A stretch of 63,060 nucleotides of DNA, filler included, from Asterionella formosa (Eukaryota): NCBI GenBank assembly GCA_002256025.1. It is 15 parts of 15 records of this genome, joined end to end, with 100 filler letters (N's around TTAATTAATTAA, not from the genome) between each part and the next. Parts side by side here need not be neighbours in the genome. Positions count along the whole stretch, not along the records: positions 46,364 to 50,465 come from NKIB01013707.1; positions 50,566 to 54,664 come from NKIB01013708.1; positions 54,765 to 58,862 come from NKIB01013709.1; positions 58,963 to 63,060 come from NKIB01013711.1; 11 more parts are not named here. The stretch is one strand, 5' to 3'. Position 1 is the first letter of the stretch; every line of letters begins with the position of its first letter. The notes beneath the pieces are model-generated. The model saw only the letters and a list, made by a program, of their open reading frames with translations, did not search any database and was not told the origin of the DNA. A program made the position numbers and the translations under genes. Below are positions 47,424-59,244 of the stretch, piece after piece.

Positions 47424-48821
47424 ATGTCTGGCCAGGGAATACTTCCACATGAATCAACGATGGAAGAACCCGTGGATGCCCCTCCAGTTATGACTTTCAT
47501 GCGCTTCTCGACTTCTTCCGGTGAACTCGTCGACGAATCTGCCTTACTCGAAGACGACCTCATGTCCAGTCTTGTTCCTCGGCAAAATCCAGGGAGTGAA
47601 GATTATGGGGCTTTCGAAAGAGCATCCAAGATCATGCGGCAAATCGGGCACTTGGTGGGTACTGTAACGATACTAACAATGCTAATTCTGGTTCCATCCG
47701 TTATTATTCACGCCGCTTCAGAAAAGCGCACGGATCGAGCGGCGTTTGACTCAGCTGCCGTGATGGTGATTGGAACCGTCATCCTTTCGGTGAGACTAGT
47801 GTACTTGCACTTAACGCACTGGTACATGCCGGATTGCCAAAAGTATGTCGTTCGCATCTTGTGGATGGTGCCCCTATATTCCGTTCAGTCATGGCTCAGC
47901 TTGGTTTTTCACGGTGCTAGAATTTACATTGATTCTATCAGAGACCTATATGAAGCATACGTGATCGCCAGTTTTGTGTATTATTTAATAGAACTACTCG
48001 GAGGACAAGATGCTCTGGTGCGCATACTGGAACGAAAGAGGACGACCAACCCACACTTGGGAGAGCACTCCTTCCCACTAAGCCTTGTTTTGCAGCCTTG
48101 GGAGCTTGGAATGGAGTTTATGCTTCAGTGCAAACATGGCGTGCTTCAGTATGTGGTTGTCAAGACGATTGCTACCGTCTTCACTTTCTTTTTTCAGTCC
48201 ATCGGAATGCTCGGGGAAGGCCAATTCAACTGGAGGATGGCCTACCCGTACATGATTTTATTCATGAATACATCTGTCATGTACGCACTGTACTGTCTTG
48301 TCAAGATATTTCACGCCATCAACGATGAACTTTGCAGTCCCGTCAACTGGCGACCCCTTGGAAAGTTTCTTTGCATCAAGGGAGTGGTGTTTTTTACTTG
48401 GTGGCAGGGAGTTGTGATCTACTACCTTCGAGCCCATGGTTTGATCGCAGATATCGGAACGTGGAAGGCCGATGAAGTCGCCAATGGTCTCATTGATTAT
48501 TGCATTTGCATTGAAATGGTTTTTTTTGCCATTGCTCATTCATACACATTTACATACACAGAATACTTACCATCCAACTTTCCAGCTTCATCCGAACAGA
48601 CAAATGGAGATTACCAACCGCCCACTACGCTGACTAGACCAATGCGCTTTAAAGATGCATTTTGGAGCAGTACGGTTCCGAATGACACTTTAAGTGATAT
48701 TCAGAGATTGCGAAGTGGAGTGGACAATGCCATGTCACAAGCGACGAATCCAGGAGCCATAAGCTTGCAAGATATCCAAACAAACGAGGAAGAAGTTGAT
48801 GCACGTCAGACTCTTGTATGA
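47424..48821 (+). CDS. TMEM184 / organic solute transporter alpha family protein
   Basis: QKYVVRILWMVPLYS, RDLYEAYVI, CKHGVLQYVV, KFLCIKGVVFFTWWQG, ICIEM..FAIAH. Confidence 0.94.
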   Translation: MSGQGILPHESTMEEPVDAPPVMTFMRFSTSSGELVDESALLEDDLMSSLVPRQNPGSEDYGAFERASKIMRQIGHLVGTVTILTMLILVPSVIIHAASEKRTDRAAFDSAAVMVIGTVILSVRLVYLHLTHWYMPDCQKYVVRILWMVPLYSVQSWLSLVFHGARIYIDSIRDLYEAYVIASFVYYLIELLGGQDALVRILERKRTTNPHLGEHSFPLSLVLQPWELGMEFMLQCKHGVLQYVVVKTIATVFTFFFQSIGMLGEGQFNWRMAYPYMILFMNTSVMYALYCLVKIFHAINDELCSPVNWRPLGKFLCIKGVVFFTWWQGVVIYYLRAHGLIADIGTWKADEVANGLIDYCICIEMVFFAIAHSYTFTYTEYLPSNFPASSEQTNGDYQPPTTLTRPMRFKDAFWSSTVPNDTLSDIQRLRSGVDNAMSQATNPGAISLQDIQTNEEEVDARQTLV

Positions 48822-50037
48822 GTAGTTTCGATAGGTGCTTTGCTAGACTAGCGGTCTGCCTGTTTGGTAAACGTTAAATTATTATTGAGGCAACGACAAA
48901 ACAAGCAATATTTTCAAGTGATTCCCAATGTCTCAAGAGTTGGAGAAAAAGATCCAGATATATTCTACTGCGAGGAAGCCGTTGCTGGGTCATTCAACTT
49001 TTTCAGGGAAAACGGAGCCGAAACTGCACTCTCAAAACTAGATAGACTTGTGTTCTGCTAGATAGTTATGAAATTGAAAATATTCTATGATTATTTGGCC
49101 AATATCGAACTAGAGTCCTTAATCTTACAATGGTATGAACAAGCAGAAATGAAGGGCTCATACAATTGGCCCTCCTGATCATGGTGCATATCTAACTAAA
49201 GAAATATCTTTTCAATGGAAATAGGTATATAAATAGTTGCTTGCAAGGGTCAATTTGGGCAAATGGTGTCATGTTTGAAATCATATTGACATGCCAATTG
49301 AATTGACCCCAAATAAAGTTCTAACACTGAGATACATACAATATTATACATGTATGATAACGAAATTGATGGAAGGCCGGGTACTTCTATATCTGAGTGC
49401 GGCTAGTAGAGTTTTACAGTTTTATTGGGCAAGATGGGTGAATGCATTGAATTTTATTATTCTTACCAATATAATATAATATTTGGCAAACAAATTGGTT
49501 TTAAATTTCGAAGTAGGACTAAAATGTATTAATACTTTTCTGCTCTTCTGAAGCAAGTGTTGAGGCTAAGGTGCAATCACTTCCTTCTGTATGCTCAAGT
49601 TGCGTGGCATACAAATGATCACGAAAAAAATCAACAAGAAGAAGCGATTCGTGATTTAGATCACGAGCAACAAACTGTGCGGCAATCTGATCAATCTTGA
49701 TCCTGATTCAGACCTCATCCTACAAAATCGAATCAAAAAATTTAAGTAAAGGACATGAATTGTCCCGTGGGACGATTTTCTTGATTTTAGAAGGCTTCCA
49801 GGCATGGTCAAGAAACGATATATTGGAGTCCCTGTCGTACAAATTGACCAATGCTTTGGCCTTTGTGTAGCAGACAAACTGGCCAACTTCGCCAGCATAA
49901 GTACCCTTCCACACAAAAAAAATCACTCATCTCCAGAGAAAGGTCTTCATGTTCATTCCGCGAGCAGACAATGCCTTGGAGGTTTGGGAGGCACTCATGA
50001 TTGAATAGATTCATGACATCTGAAATTATTGTATTGA

Positions 50038-50465
50038 TGCCGGCATGTGTATTGTGTAAACACTACGCTGGCGGAACATGCATATTACACTGCTGTGCTC
50101 TGTTCAACAATTACTACACTTGGTTACCATCACACCAGCTGCACCTCCACAAGCGCCGCAAAAAGCTCAGCATTTCCCTTCCACTGCTTTACATCATAGT
50201 CTTCTGGCCCTTTGACAACTTGCTTTCCAAATGGCATTTCATGGATTTCATGCAATGTATCAGTCAAACAAGAAACGTGACTTACTTCAATTGTTTACAC
50301 TACACGACTGTATGTTTTCGGAAAAGAAGATGAAGAAGCTTATGAAATCAATCGAAGATTCCTTTGAATACACTCAAATAACAAATGAATTTGAACAGAT
50401 TCATAATACTCCAGAAAAAATAATGAATCAAGTATCCCGATTCAATAGTGGCAGAGATTGAAAAG
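50038..50465 (+). repeat. Copy of the contig 1 repeat (938-1375)
   Basis: Colinear near-identity up to the contig end. Confidence 0.9.
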
Positions 50466-51512
50466 NNNNNNNNNNNNNNNNNNNNNNNNNNNNNNNNNNN
50501 NNNNNNNNNTTAATTAATTAANNNNNNNNNNNNNNNNNNNNNNNNNNNNNNNNNNNNNNNNNNNNGGTGAAAGCTCCGTTGAGCGTTATACATATTTAAT
50601 TTGAATGTGAAAAGTATGTGTTTGATTAGTCTGACTCAATATTATTTTATTAACCCTACCTCGAGCTAGGGGTTCAAATGCAGCAACCTTAATGATATGC
50701 CATAAGATATAAGTTTATAGCAATTTGTATCTCCTAAAATATTGGTTGAAAAGTGCAATCGACAAAAATTTTGCCAGAACACGGATTACCCCATGTTTTC
50801 AGGATTCATTGTTTTGTGATATTCGCAACTCTATACAAAAATATCGCATGCGATTTATTTGTTGTTTGATTCCTGTCATAAACGTATCCCTATCCCCTGA
50901 TATTGCTTAAGTAACTTGAGCATGCATAATCGGGAGCGCCAGGGTCGACCGACATACCATCAGTTCCCATACAACAATGCAAAGAAAGTGTGTACCGATA
51001 CCAGTATATACCGGTAAGTGTTGACCGCTGAATGCATTTGAGTCTGATTGTGATGTACCGTTATGTACCAATTGGTCTTAAAATAAATGGCGCCTACTCT
51101 ATCGCGCTCCGGTACTGCCCTGGAATGACCGGTCAAGATCTTTCTCGTGCCTCTCGTCTGAAGATTACCGGTATTCTGAAATCCTGTCTACCGGTATTTC
51201 CGTTTAGACATTCCTCAGACTACCTAGTCTTCGGACACCTGTCGACATCAACAGCCTAACAGACACACTCTGACACGACGTACCACCGGTGCGGTACCAG
51301 GTACCTGGTACCAGGTAGTCTAGTTCCAAACATATCATGACAATCATCATACATCATGATATGTAGGTATAGGTATACTACCTGTATGTGGTACCTGGTA
51401 CCTGGTACCTGGTACCAGCAAATGTATGAGGGGGAGAGATGGACAAAATTTCAGGCATCTTTCATCTATCATGCATGAGGAATGAGTTGCATCTTTTACG
51501 TAGAATTCTACG

Positions 51513-51533
51513 ACAAGTGGTAGAGAAACTATT
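51513..51533 (+). repeat. Left 21-bp direct repeat flanking the LRR gene
   Basis: acaagtggtagagaaactatt, identical to 53848-53868. Confidence 0.95.
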
Positions 51534-51651
51534 TTGGCAGCACGAGTAAAAGGAGTTTTTTTAACACGAAAAACACTTTTCACTCGAGCAAGGAAAAAGT
51601 CGCTCGTCAACACAATAGACAACTTTCATTACATTCAAGAGGACATTGACA

Positions 51652-53598
51652 ATGCTAAGAGCATTTGGTCGAAAGAAGATAGAAACAGAATTGGAGAGTT
51701 ATGTCAAACGGTTGAAAGCGAATGATTCCAGTTTGACTAAACTTGATCTCGATAAGAATTTCATTGGTGTTGATGGAGCCAAGGCCATTGCAGAGGCACT
51801 CAAGGTCAATACTGTCTTGACTACACTTTATCTCTACGATAATTCAATTGGTGATGACGGAGCCAAGGCCATTGCAGAGGCTCTCAAGGTCAATATTGTC
51901 TTGACTACACTTCATCTCGATAATAATTCAATTGACGTTGATGGAGCCAAGGCCATTGCAGAGGCTCTCAAGGTCAATACTGTCTTGACTAAACTTTGTC
52001 TCTACAATAATTCAATTGGTGATGACGGAGCCAAGGCCATTGCAGAGGCTCTCAAGGTCAATACCGTCTTGACTAAACTTGATCTCGGAAGTAATTCAAT
52101 TGGTGAAGAACTAGAAAATGAAATTCAAAAACAGCTTGATGACAAGAGGAATGATCAACCATCATTCAGGGGTGATTTTCAGACCAATGCACTCTTAGAG
52201 GAAATGATTGAAAAGGATAGAACAGGTCATTATATTACTGATGATGATGGTTTGCCAAAGGTTATTACAAATCACAAAGTCTGTTGGCCATTCATTGAAT
52301 GTAAGCATAATGGTTGGGAACCAAATCAGTCAAGAAGAATCATGTCATATTCAAAAGTGTGGGTAGAATCAAAATGTTGCAGTGAACCAACAGACATACA
52401 CAAAGAAACATTAGTTGCTCTTTCAAATACCAACTTCAGCCAACCCTCACATTTTCTTCTTAAGGCATATCGATCTGTGATGAATTTATCAATATCAAAT
52501 GATTTTGTTGATACTGACACCTTTCTCAGGTCGATTTCCATGACCAGTTATGGCATATTGCTCTGCAATAGATCAATTCCAGAAAACCCTGGCAGATCTG
52601 GTATTGAAATGTTTTTTCCAAAATGGATCTCAAGATTTTGGAACAAAGGTATTGATAATCCTTACTGGCGACATGAAGCCTTCAAAAAAAATTCAAGAAA
52701 TGGCAGTGAACGTGAAGCTGTCCTGTACTTCAAAATTGGGGCTTTAGGCTACAAGATTCCATTTTGTAAATATTTGTATGGCCATGCTCTTATATATGGT
52801 ACAGGTGGCATTAAGAAGGATATTGTATTGGGAATGGGACTTCTGCATGAAGCAGGGAATGAGCTTTGTATTGCAGAAGCCTTCTTTGAACTAGGTGTCC
52901 TTTATGAGCGTGGTGTGATGGGAAAAGATGAACAACGCATAGCCAAAGACTATGTGAGGGCTCAAGGCTTTTATGAAGACTCGATAAAAGCTGCCTTTGA
53001 AAATATTCATGATGAAAATAAATCCGTTTGGATTCCACCAATTGGAATAATGAATCAACTGCTTCATGTTGACAGCGTACATTCACAAGAAGATTCAGTA
53101 CATAATAATGCAGGAATGCATTATTCTTGGATCATTCTAGGTCATTCTTTCCTGTTTGCTACTGCAGCAACCCTTGCAAGCGGCTCTCAACCTTTTCACT
53201 ACTCACTTATACTGTTTTTTATTCCGTTACTTGGCATTCTCCTGGCATACTATTCCTATTTAGATAGCTATTTTGCATTGGGAGTAATATCAAGAAACCA
53301 AGAAGATGTCGATTTAATGGTGCAAAGAAAATTTCATGCATACACACTAATCTTGGAACAAGCACAACATCATGGCAGCAAAGATGATGATTTATCCAAT
53401 GAACAAAAACGTTGTTTAAAAGAAAAAGAAGATGTCATTTGCAGATTTGTGAACCATCATATGTTGGCATATTGGCAAATTTTTATCTCTTTTTTTATAG
53501 GGTGCATCTGGGCTCTACTTCTTGTGAATGAGATTTATTCACGTTACTTTGAGTGCTCTTACTGGTTTTATACATGTAAGCTTCCTCCCTATGAGTAG
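51652..53598 (+). CDS. LRR (RI/NLRC3-like 28-aa repeats) + SEL1-like repeats + C-terminal transmembrane domain protein
   Basis: ~4.5 x (LTxLxLxxNSIGDDGAKAIAEALKVNTV) in 84-bp units; YGHALIYGTGGIKKD and AEAFFELGVLYERG SEL1 motifs; 3 hydrophobic helices; single uninterrupted ORF. Confidence 0.88.
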   Translation: MLRAFGRKKIETELESYVKRLKANDSSLTKLDLDKNFIGVDGAKAIAEALKVNTVLTTLYLYDNSIGDDGAKAIAEALKVNIVLTTLHLDNNSIDVDGAKAIAEALKVNTVLTKLCLYNNSIGDDGAKAIAEALKVNTVLTKLDLGSNSIGEELENEIQKQLDDKRNDQPSFRGDFQTNALLEEMIEKDRTGHYITDDDGLPKVITNHKVCWPFIECKHNGWEPNQSRRIMSYSKVWVESKCCSEPTDIHKETLVALSNTNFSQPSHFLLKAYRSVMNLSISNDFVDTDTFLRSISMTSYGILLCNRSIPENPGRSGIEMFFPKWISRFWNKGIDNPYWRHEAFKKNSRNGSEREAVLYFKIGALGYKIPFCKYLYGHALIYGTGGIKKDIVLGMGLLHEAGNELCIAEAFFELGVLYERGVMGKDEQRIAKDYVRAQGFYEDSIKAAFENIHDENKSVWIPPIGIMNQLLHVDSVHSQEDSVHNNAGMHYSWIILGHSFLFATAATLASGSQPFHYSLILFFIPLLGILLAYYSYLDSYFALGVISRNQEDVDLMVQRKFHAYTLILEQAQHHGSKDDDLSNEQKRCLKEKEDVICRFVNHHMLAYWQIFISFFIGCIWALLLVNEIYSRYFECSYWFYTCKLPPYE

Positions 53599-53847
53599 GA
53601 CCAAGCCCTTCTAGTGCTGGGCATGATGAACATGAAGCACATGGTGTGCATAATCCTATGAAAGTACTGGAATAGTTAGGGTCAGGGTTACTATAATAGC
53701 TATTGTTGCAAGTTTGTAGTAGTATAAGACACCAGTTTTTTTAATTGAATTGCAGCAAGTGTTGTTCACTATGTATGTGTTGTCTAAACCCTAAAACACA
53801 ATGATGATGATCTCACCCTAACCCTAGCTAACATGTACAATTCAGCA

Positions 53848-53868
53848 ACAAGTGGTAGAGAAACTATT
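53848..53868 (+). repeat. Right 21-bp direct repeat flanking the LRR gene
   Basis: acaagtggtagagaaactatt, identical to 51513-51533. Confidence 0.95.
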
Positions 53869-54919
53869 AAGGTTCTGGCCCTGCAGTTACGCATTGCCAA
53901 CTACCGGTAATAAAGTAGACCAATTTGCATATGCTTAGATACAGTCATTCCTCGACTTGAGAGTATGATCTACCGGTATATCCAGATATGGTAAGGACAT
54001 CATTTCTGGAGAGAAGTGGCAGTTATCCCTCTTGGAATCGTAACTATCCAACAGCTTAAAAAAAATCTACGAGGGATATCTGCCACTTTTCTGCAGAAGT
54101 TAAATCCTGACATTATAGGGTACACAGCTATCTATTTCATTCTTCATGAAACCCCGCAGATGTAGAGCAATTCTCCTACAAAAAGTCGACCTGATCGGCT
54201 TTTCAACAGTCGCCAAAATATTGGTATCAAAATTTGTGTGTGCAAAATGTTCTTGTCTACTTAGAGTCTTGCGCAGGTATGTTTCGTTGAAATCCAAAAA
54301 GATTCCAGGGTAAGTTCCGGCGTCACTACACATATTCTGATTTGTTGAATTGAATATACTCACCTGCTCCAGATTCACTGAAGTATCCCGGTCTTATAAA
54401 ATCTCGCTCGCCAGCCACACTTGAACCATACGTATTAGGTGTACTGAAAAAGCAGTACCGGTACTACTGGTAGTTTCATCTTGTCTTCCATCATGATGAA
54501 CCAAGATTATGTACTACCTAGTAGTCCTAGTACCAGAAGGTCTATGGTGGTGCAATGTGGTGCAGCGATGACATGACGTCACGAAGTCATTTTGAAATAT
54601 TATTGTTGCGCATGTGCAGCTTTTCAATATTCATCTCCAACGTTGCATCATGCACATCACCACANNNNNNNNNNNNNNNNNNNNNNNNNNNNNNNNNNNN
54701 NNNNNNNNTTAATTAATTAANNNNNNNNNNNNNNNNNNNNNNNNNNNNNNNNNNNNNNNNNNNNATTGAACAATATGTTTTTGAATGTTTTGTGCAATGC
54801 TAAGAACTAGTACTATTATAACTAACATGGTGTGCAAGTGTGGTTCAATATGCCTAGTTGAAGAGTCCATTGGTTGCTTCATCGGCACAAAGCATTTGGT
54901 TCTAAAAACTATTTGCATT

Positions 54920-55501
54920 TTAATGCACAGTAAATTCTCGGATCATAGTTTTGATGACATTAGTATCCGCCTCAGTAAGCTCAATTGATGTGTTTGTGGT
55001 GTGCCCCATATGTTGAACAACATCCCAAACATCTCTCCTCCATCCATCAAGTTGTCCTTCATCATTTTCTTGTCCTCTTAGTACAGGACATTTGATCCAA
55101 TACAGTTCAACAGGTCCTTGAGCACCACTGTCAGAATCATGATGAACCCAACCCACAGCCTTGCCTCCATCGGCTGGTACTAGGTAGGTCTGTCCTTGCG
55201 TCCATGGGAGCATGGCACGTGAGGTTGTTTCGTCGCTGGATCCAATGATGCCTGTTCCAATCGATAATAGATTGGATGATTCTGGCTTCCTCGAGATGTA
55301 AATGATTCGATGTGTGTTACCGAATTCCACAAGCGGTTCCGCAGCTCGAGGCAAAGTAAGTTTCCAAACACTGCATGGACCCTTCGGTTTGATGAGAATT
55401 CGTTCTTGAAATCGAGTTATAGACAATTCCATCTTTTGTCGCTTCTTCATCATAAGTCCTGAAAGCAATGGTTGTGGTAGCGATACCAGAAAAATTACCA
55501 A
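54920..55501 (-). CDS. Hypothetical protein (start and exon structure uncertain)
   Basis: 193-aa open frame with globular-looking composition (WTQGQTYLVPADGGKAVGW); no family recognised. Confidence 0.45.
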   Translation of the reverse strand: MVIFLVSLPQPLLSGLMMKKRQKMELSITRFQERILIKPKGPCSVWKLTLPRAAEPLVEFGNTHRIIYISRKPESSNLLSIGTGIIGSSDETTSRAMLPWTQGQTYLVPADGGKAVGWVHHDSDSGAQGPVELYWIKCPVLRGQENDEGQLDGWRRDVWDVVQHMGHTTNTSIELTEADTNVIKTMIREFTVH

Positions 55502-58244
55502 GCTCAGGAAAGTGGCCTTACAGGACGTTTCTTGGCGGGAATGGTTGCTATTGATGGGCCGCTATCTACTGACTAAGATCACCATAGCAGCATTTGGAGC
55601 ATCTCTACAGTCATTCCAATATAACCATTTATATTGAAAATAGGGCTTTGATTTCATGTAAACAGAATTGAAAATACATGTGCCCTTCAACGACATTGGA
55701 CCTGCGTCTGCAAATTAAAAGTACCATGGATGTAGGATCAGGGTGTCATACACCAATCGGCACAGGATTTTTCACGTTTGATTGATCAATAATACTAATA
55801 GGACCATCACTTTCCATAATTTGTCAGCAATGATTATCATGACAGAATAATCATCATGACTACTAGTATAGCATAATTTATCATCAACTTTGTTTTCTGT
55901 TCGCACTTCTCATGATGCCCCTGGTTTCCTCAGCCTTCCCCTTCCCACATCCGCTTCTCATGTCGATTCCAGACTAGCCTACGGGCCTCAAAGTCACTCA
56001 CCAACTTCGAAAGGAATTTTTCGCCAATCAACCACTTATCTACCTTGTTCTACGTTTTTCAATTGTTCTTACCAAAAGGAGATGCTGATCCATTTATAGT
56101 TTGTGTTTTGTTATCCTTGTTAAATTGACAAAGAGAAGCAGTGAGTTGTTAGTTATACATTGCTTGTTTACGCCACAACAAACACTTTAATTTCTAAATT
56201 GACCTACCACTTGTCGATTCATTTTCCACTATTTCTGAAAAAAAATGTGTTGGTCGATTATTGCATTAACACTTATCAATATTTGTTCCAAAACTGTAGT
56301 TTATACCGTACTAATGCTGTTTCTTTTCATTACCCTGAAAGGAGCAAAAATCTTGTGTCATTTAAGTTACATCCATTGTGAGTTGATCCATTCTATCTGT
56401 CTTTCAATGATAGCACTTACTCTAGCAACTCTGCTCCTGTAATTAAATTATTACCGGTAGCATATAAATAAATGAATCGAAATCAATTTAAAATATGTAT
56501 ATTCATTGCGTACACGTACAAAGTATTGCCAAATACTGTTTCACATCGGCCGGCTACTCAAATATGTGCAGGAAACTGAATACAACAAGCCACTATCATA
56601 ATTATAACATGAATAGAATAATTGCCATTTGGCATACTTTCTACAGTTGTTGCACCTACATGGACCATACTGCGGATATTTAACTGTTACAGTCCTCAAA
56701 ATGAGTATACCGTTGTTTTTTTCCTTCCCACCGTCATAATGACTTTTGGGGTTGCGCATTGCATAATTGAATACAAGTTGCCATTTTTCTCATGTTATAT
56801 CGTAGTTTGTATGCATGTTGAGAATAGCTCACACATCTAAATTTGGTTCAAAATGCTAGACATGGATGAAAATCGAAAAAGCCCAAAAACGATTTTTTGA
56901 AACGTAGATGGCCAATTTTAACTTTACTACTTTTACATTTTATATGAATCCGTAGCTTAGTAGAGCAAGCAAGATGTTCCAAAAGGCAATTGAGTCGGAG
57001 AAAATCATAGGAGTCAAAATGGCCCCAGATAAATTTGAATTATCGACGATGCAACTGATATGATTGGACAGAGTGAGTACCAGATTTTATGGCAGTAAAT
57101 TCTAATGATTTGTATTTCATCAGATATGACGTACCTTTGTAACAGATTGACTGAAGCGAAATGAGGAGGGGTTGATTGTTGTCATTTCGATTGTCAACTT
57201 GTTTGTTATCTCTCATCAGGAATTTTCCAAGTATAGCGAGGAAGTACCGATGCCACCAGGTACTGAGGTTCCTGTACCCGGTACCGACAAGCTTTACCAG
57301 ATGGTGCTAACATGGCTATTCAAAGACATGGTGAAGTACCATTTGAAAAATTAAATAATGACAAGCGACTATTACTAGGGAGATTTTGTTGATTGAGCAA
57401 AACAAAAGTAGTAATAGTATGCGCAGGACTTCATGTGGCGGCTGGGCTTTTTAAACTGGGAATGGAAGCACTGCTGGACAACATGACTAGTAGGAAAAGA
57501 AGAGCTCAGAAGAAGAATAGTGAGTCTGGGAATAAGAAACTTATGGATTACACAACAACATTGAACAAGGTGCAAGCAATCAGAGCATTTAACAAACATT
57601 CCCACAAATGGAAAAGTGGTGCAAATGAAAACAATGGTGTTATGGTACAAACAAATTGGCGGTGCGCCATTACCCCCAGCAACAAAGCAACTGCTACTTA
57701 CCAGGTATGTTGAAACAATGGGACATGGCGATGCACCAGTCCCAGTTGCCTGAAATATAAGCAGCCTCAGAGGAGTTGAATGCTATATCCATGGGAAGAT
57801 TGCTATCACCTTCTTGTGGTGACATGGCGATAGCAGGAGTGAATGTGAATTCTCGAAATGATAGATTCCTTTGACATCTTCCGAACAAAAAGAATAGAAG
57901 AAGAAGATTACACTGCCGCTTGTGGGGACCAATATTGACCTTTTCGAAAGGGTTATTTCACGAAATACTGCACTGTAATGATTGTTAAAATAAAACCCAA
58001 ATTGTATTTCCCTGTAGGCCTCTGTTATTTGTCTACTGGATCATTTTAATACAGGCATTGTATTGATCTGAAAATACAAGTGAAAGGACCATGTTGCAAC
58101 AACAGTACGGTATTTAGATTTTCGAGAGATTAAAACCGCTTTAAATACGGGTTTAATTTCTTATCTATGATATGGTTGCGGCCCTCGGCTAAACCCTAGT
58201 TTGGAGAAAGCATTGATAGGGTTGTAAAATTGACGTGGAACATC

Positions 58245-58620
58245 ACAGAAGCACTCGCGACTACACGTAGAATTTCGCAAGATATTTGAAAAAAACCGCG
58301 AGGTCTGGGCACCATGCAAATAAGGAGTTTTCCACGTGTGTTGTAGCGACCACGTGTGTTCTATCGAGGAAGTACATACGGAGGTTCCCGTTGCTCCCTG
58401 AAGCACTCGAGACTATGTAGAATGTCGCAAGATATTTGAAAAAATGGGCACGATACAAATAAGGAATTTTCCACGTATGTAGCAACGAAAAACTGAGATT
58501 CCTGTACCTCTTAGAAGTACTCACAACTACATAGAATTTCGCAAAAAACGATTTCCTCATTTAAAAAAGAACAGCGAGGTCTGGCACAATGTATGTACAC
58601 CACATTGGAAATTTCCCTCA
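58245..58620. repeat. Degenerate tandem repeat, ~3 units of 115-150 bp
   Basis: gaagYactc...acta..tagaatttcgcaa...atttgaaaaaa recurs near 58250, 58400 and 58514. Confidence 0.75.
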
Positions 58621-59244
58621 TTATACAAAGCGAGGAGGAACCAGGGGTTGAATTTTACCAATAACAGCCAGGTGCCTACCGGTACCATGGTATTACTTGT
58701 AAAAATCAACCCAGGTTGTATTTTTCTGTAGGCCACAAGTATCGTTCTACTGCGGATGGTAAAATACCTTGACGGTATTTTTCCGTACTTGATCACGAGA
58801 AAATACAGTATTGTACAACAAAGAAAAAATCAACCCGGTTGCATTGACGGTTGATTTTGTACNNNNNNNNNNNNNNNNNNNNNNNNNNNNNNNNNNNNNN
58901 NNNNNNTTAATTAATTAANNNNNNNNNNNNNNNNNNNNNNNNNNNNNNNNNNNNNNNNNNNNTTATGTGGCCTCGTATTGTTACCGGTAGTCAACTGCTA
59001 CCCGTTTCTTCTTTTCACACCCCCTTCAAGTACAACTTGATCGATCCACAAGATAGATTGCGAAATAACTCGCAATGTTAAATTCAAATCAAGTCCTGTT
59101 CCAAAAACAAGGGAACAACGACCAAAAATTTCGTATTTTACTGCTACATAACCTGCCCACATGGTAAAGCCAAGCAATACATACATAGATCAAATACCGG
59201 TACACCGGTAGTTGCTTCTCCTTTTATTAAATTGTGATTCCACC

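Noticed and set aside
48860..50000. Fragmentary plus-strand ORFs upstream of the repeat copy
   Set aside because: Probably decayed element sequence, but no diagnostic motif.
53670..53830. True telomere
   Set aside because: Only 2-3 imperfect units, internal to the contig and in both orientations.
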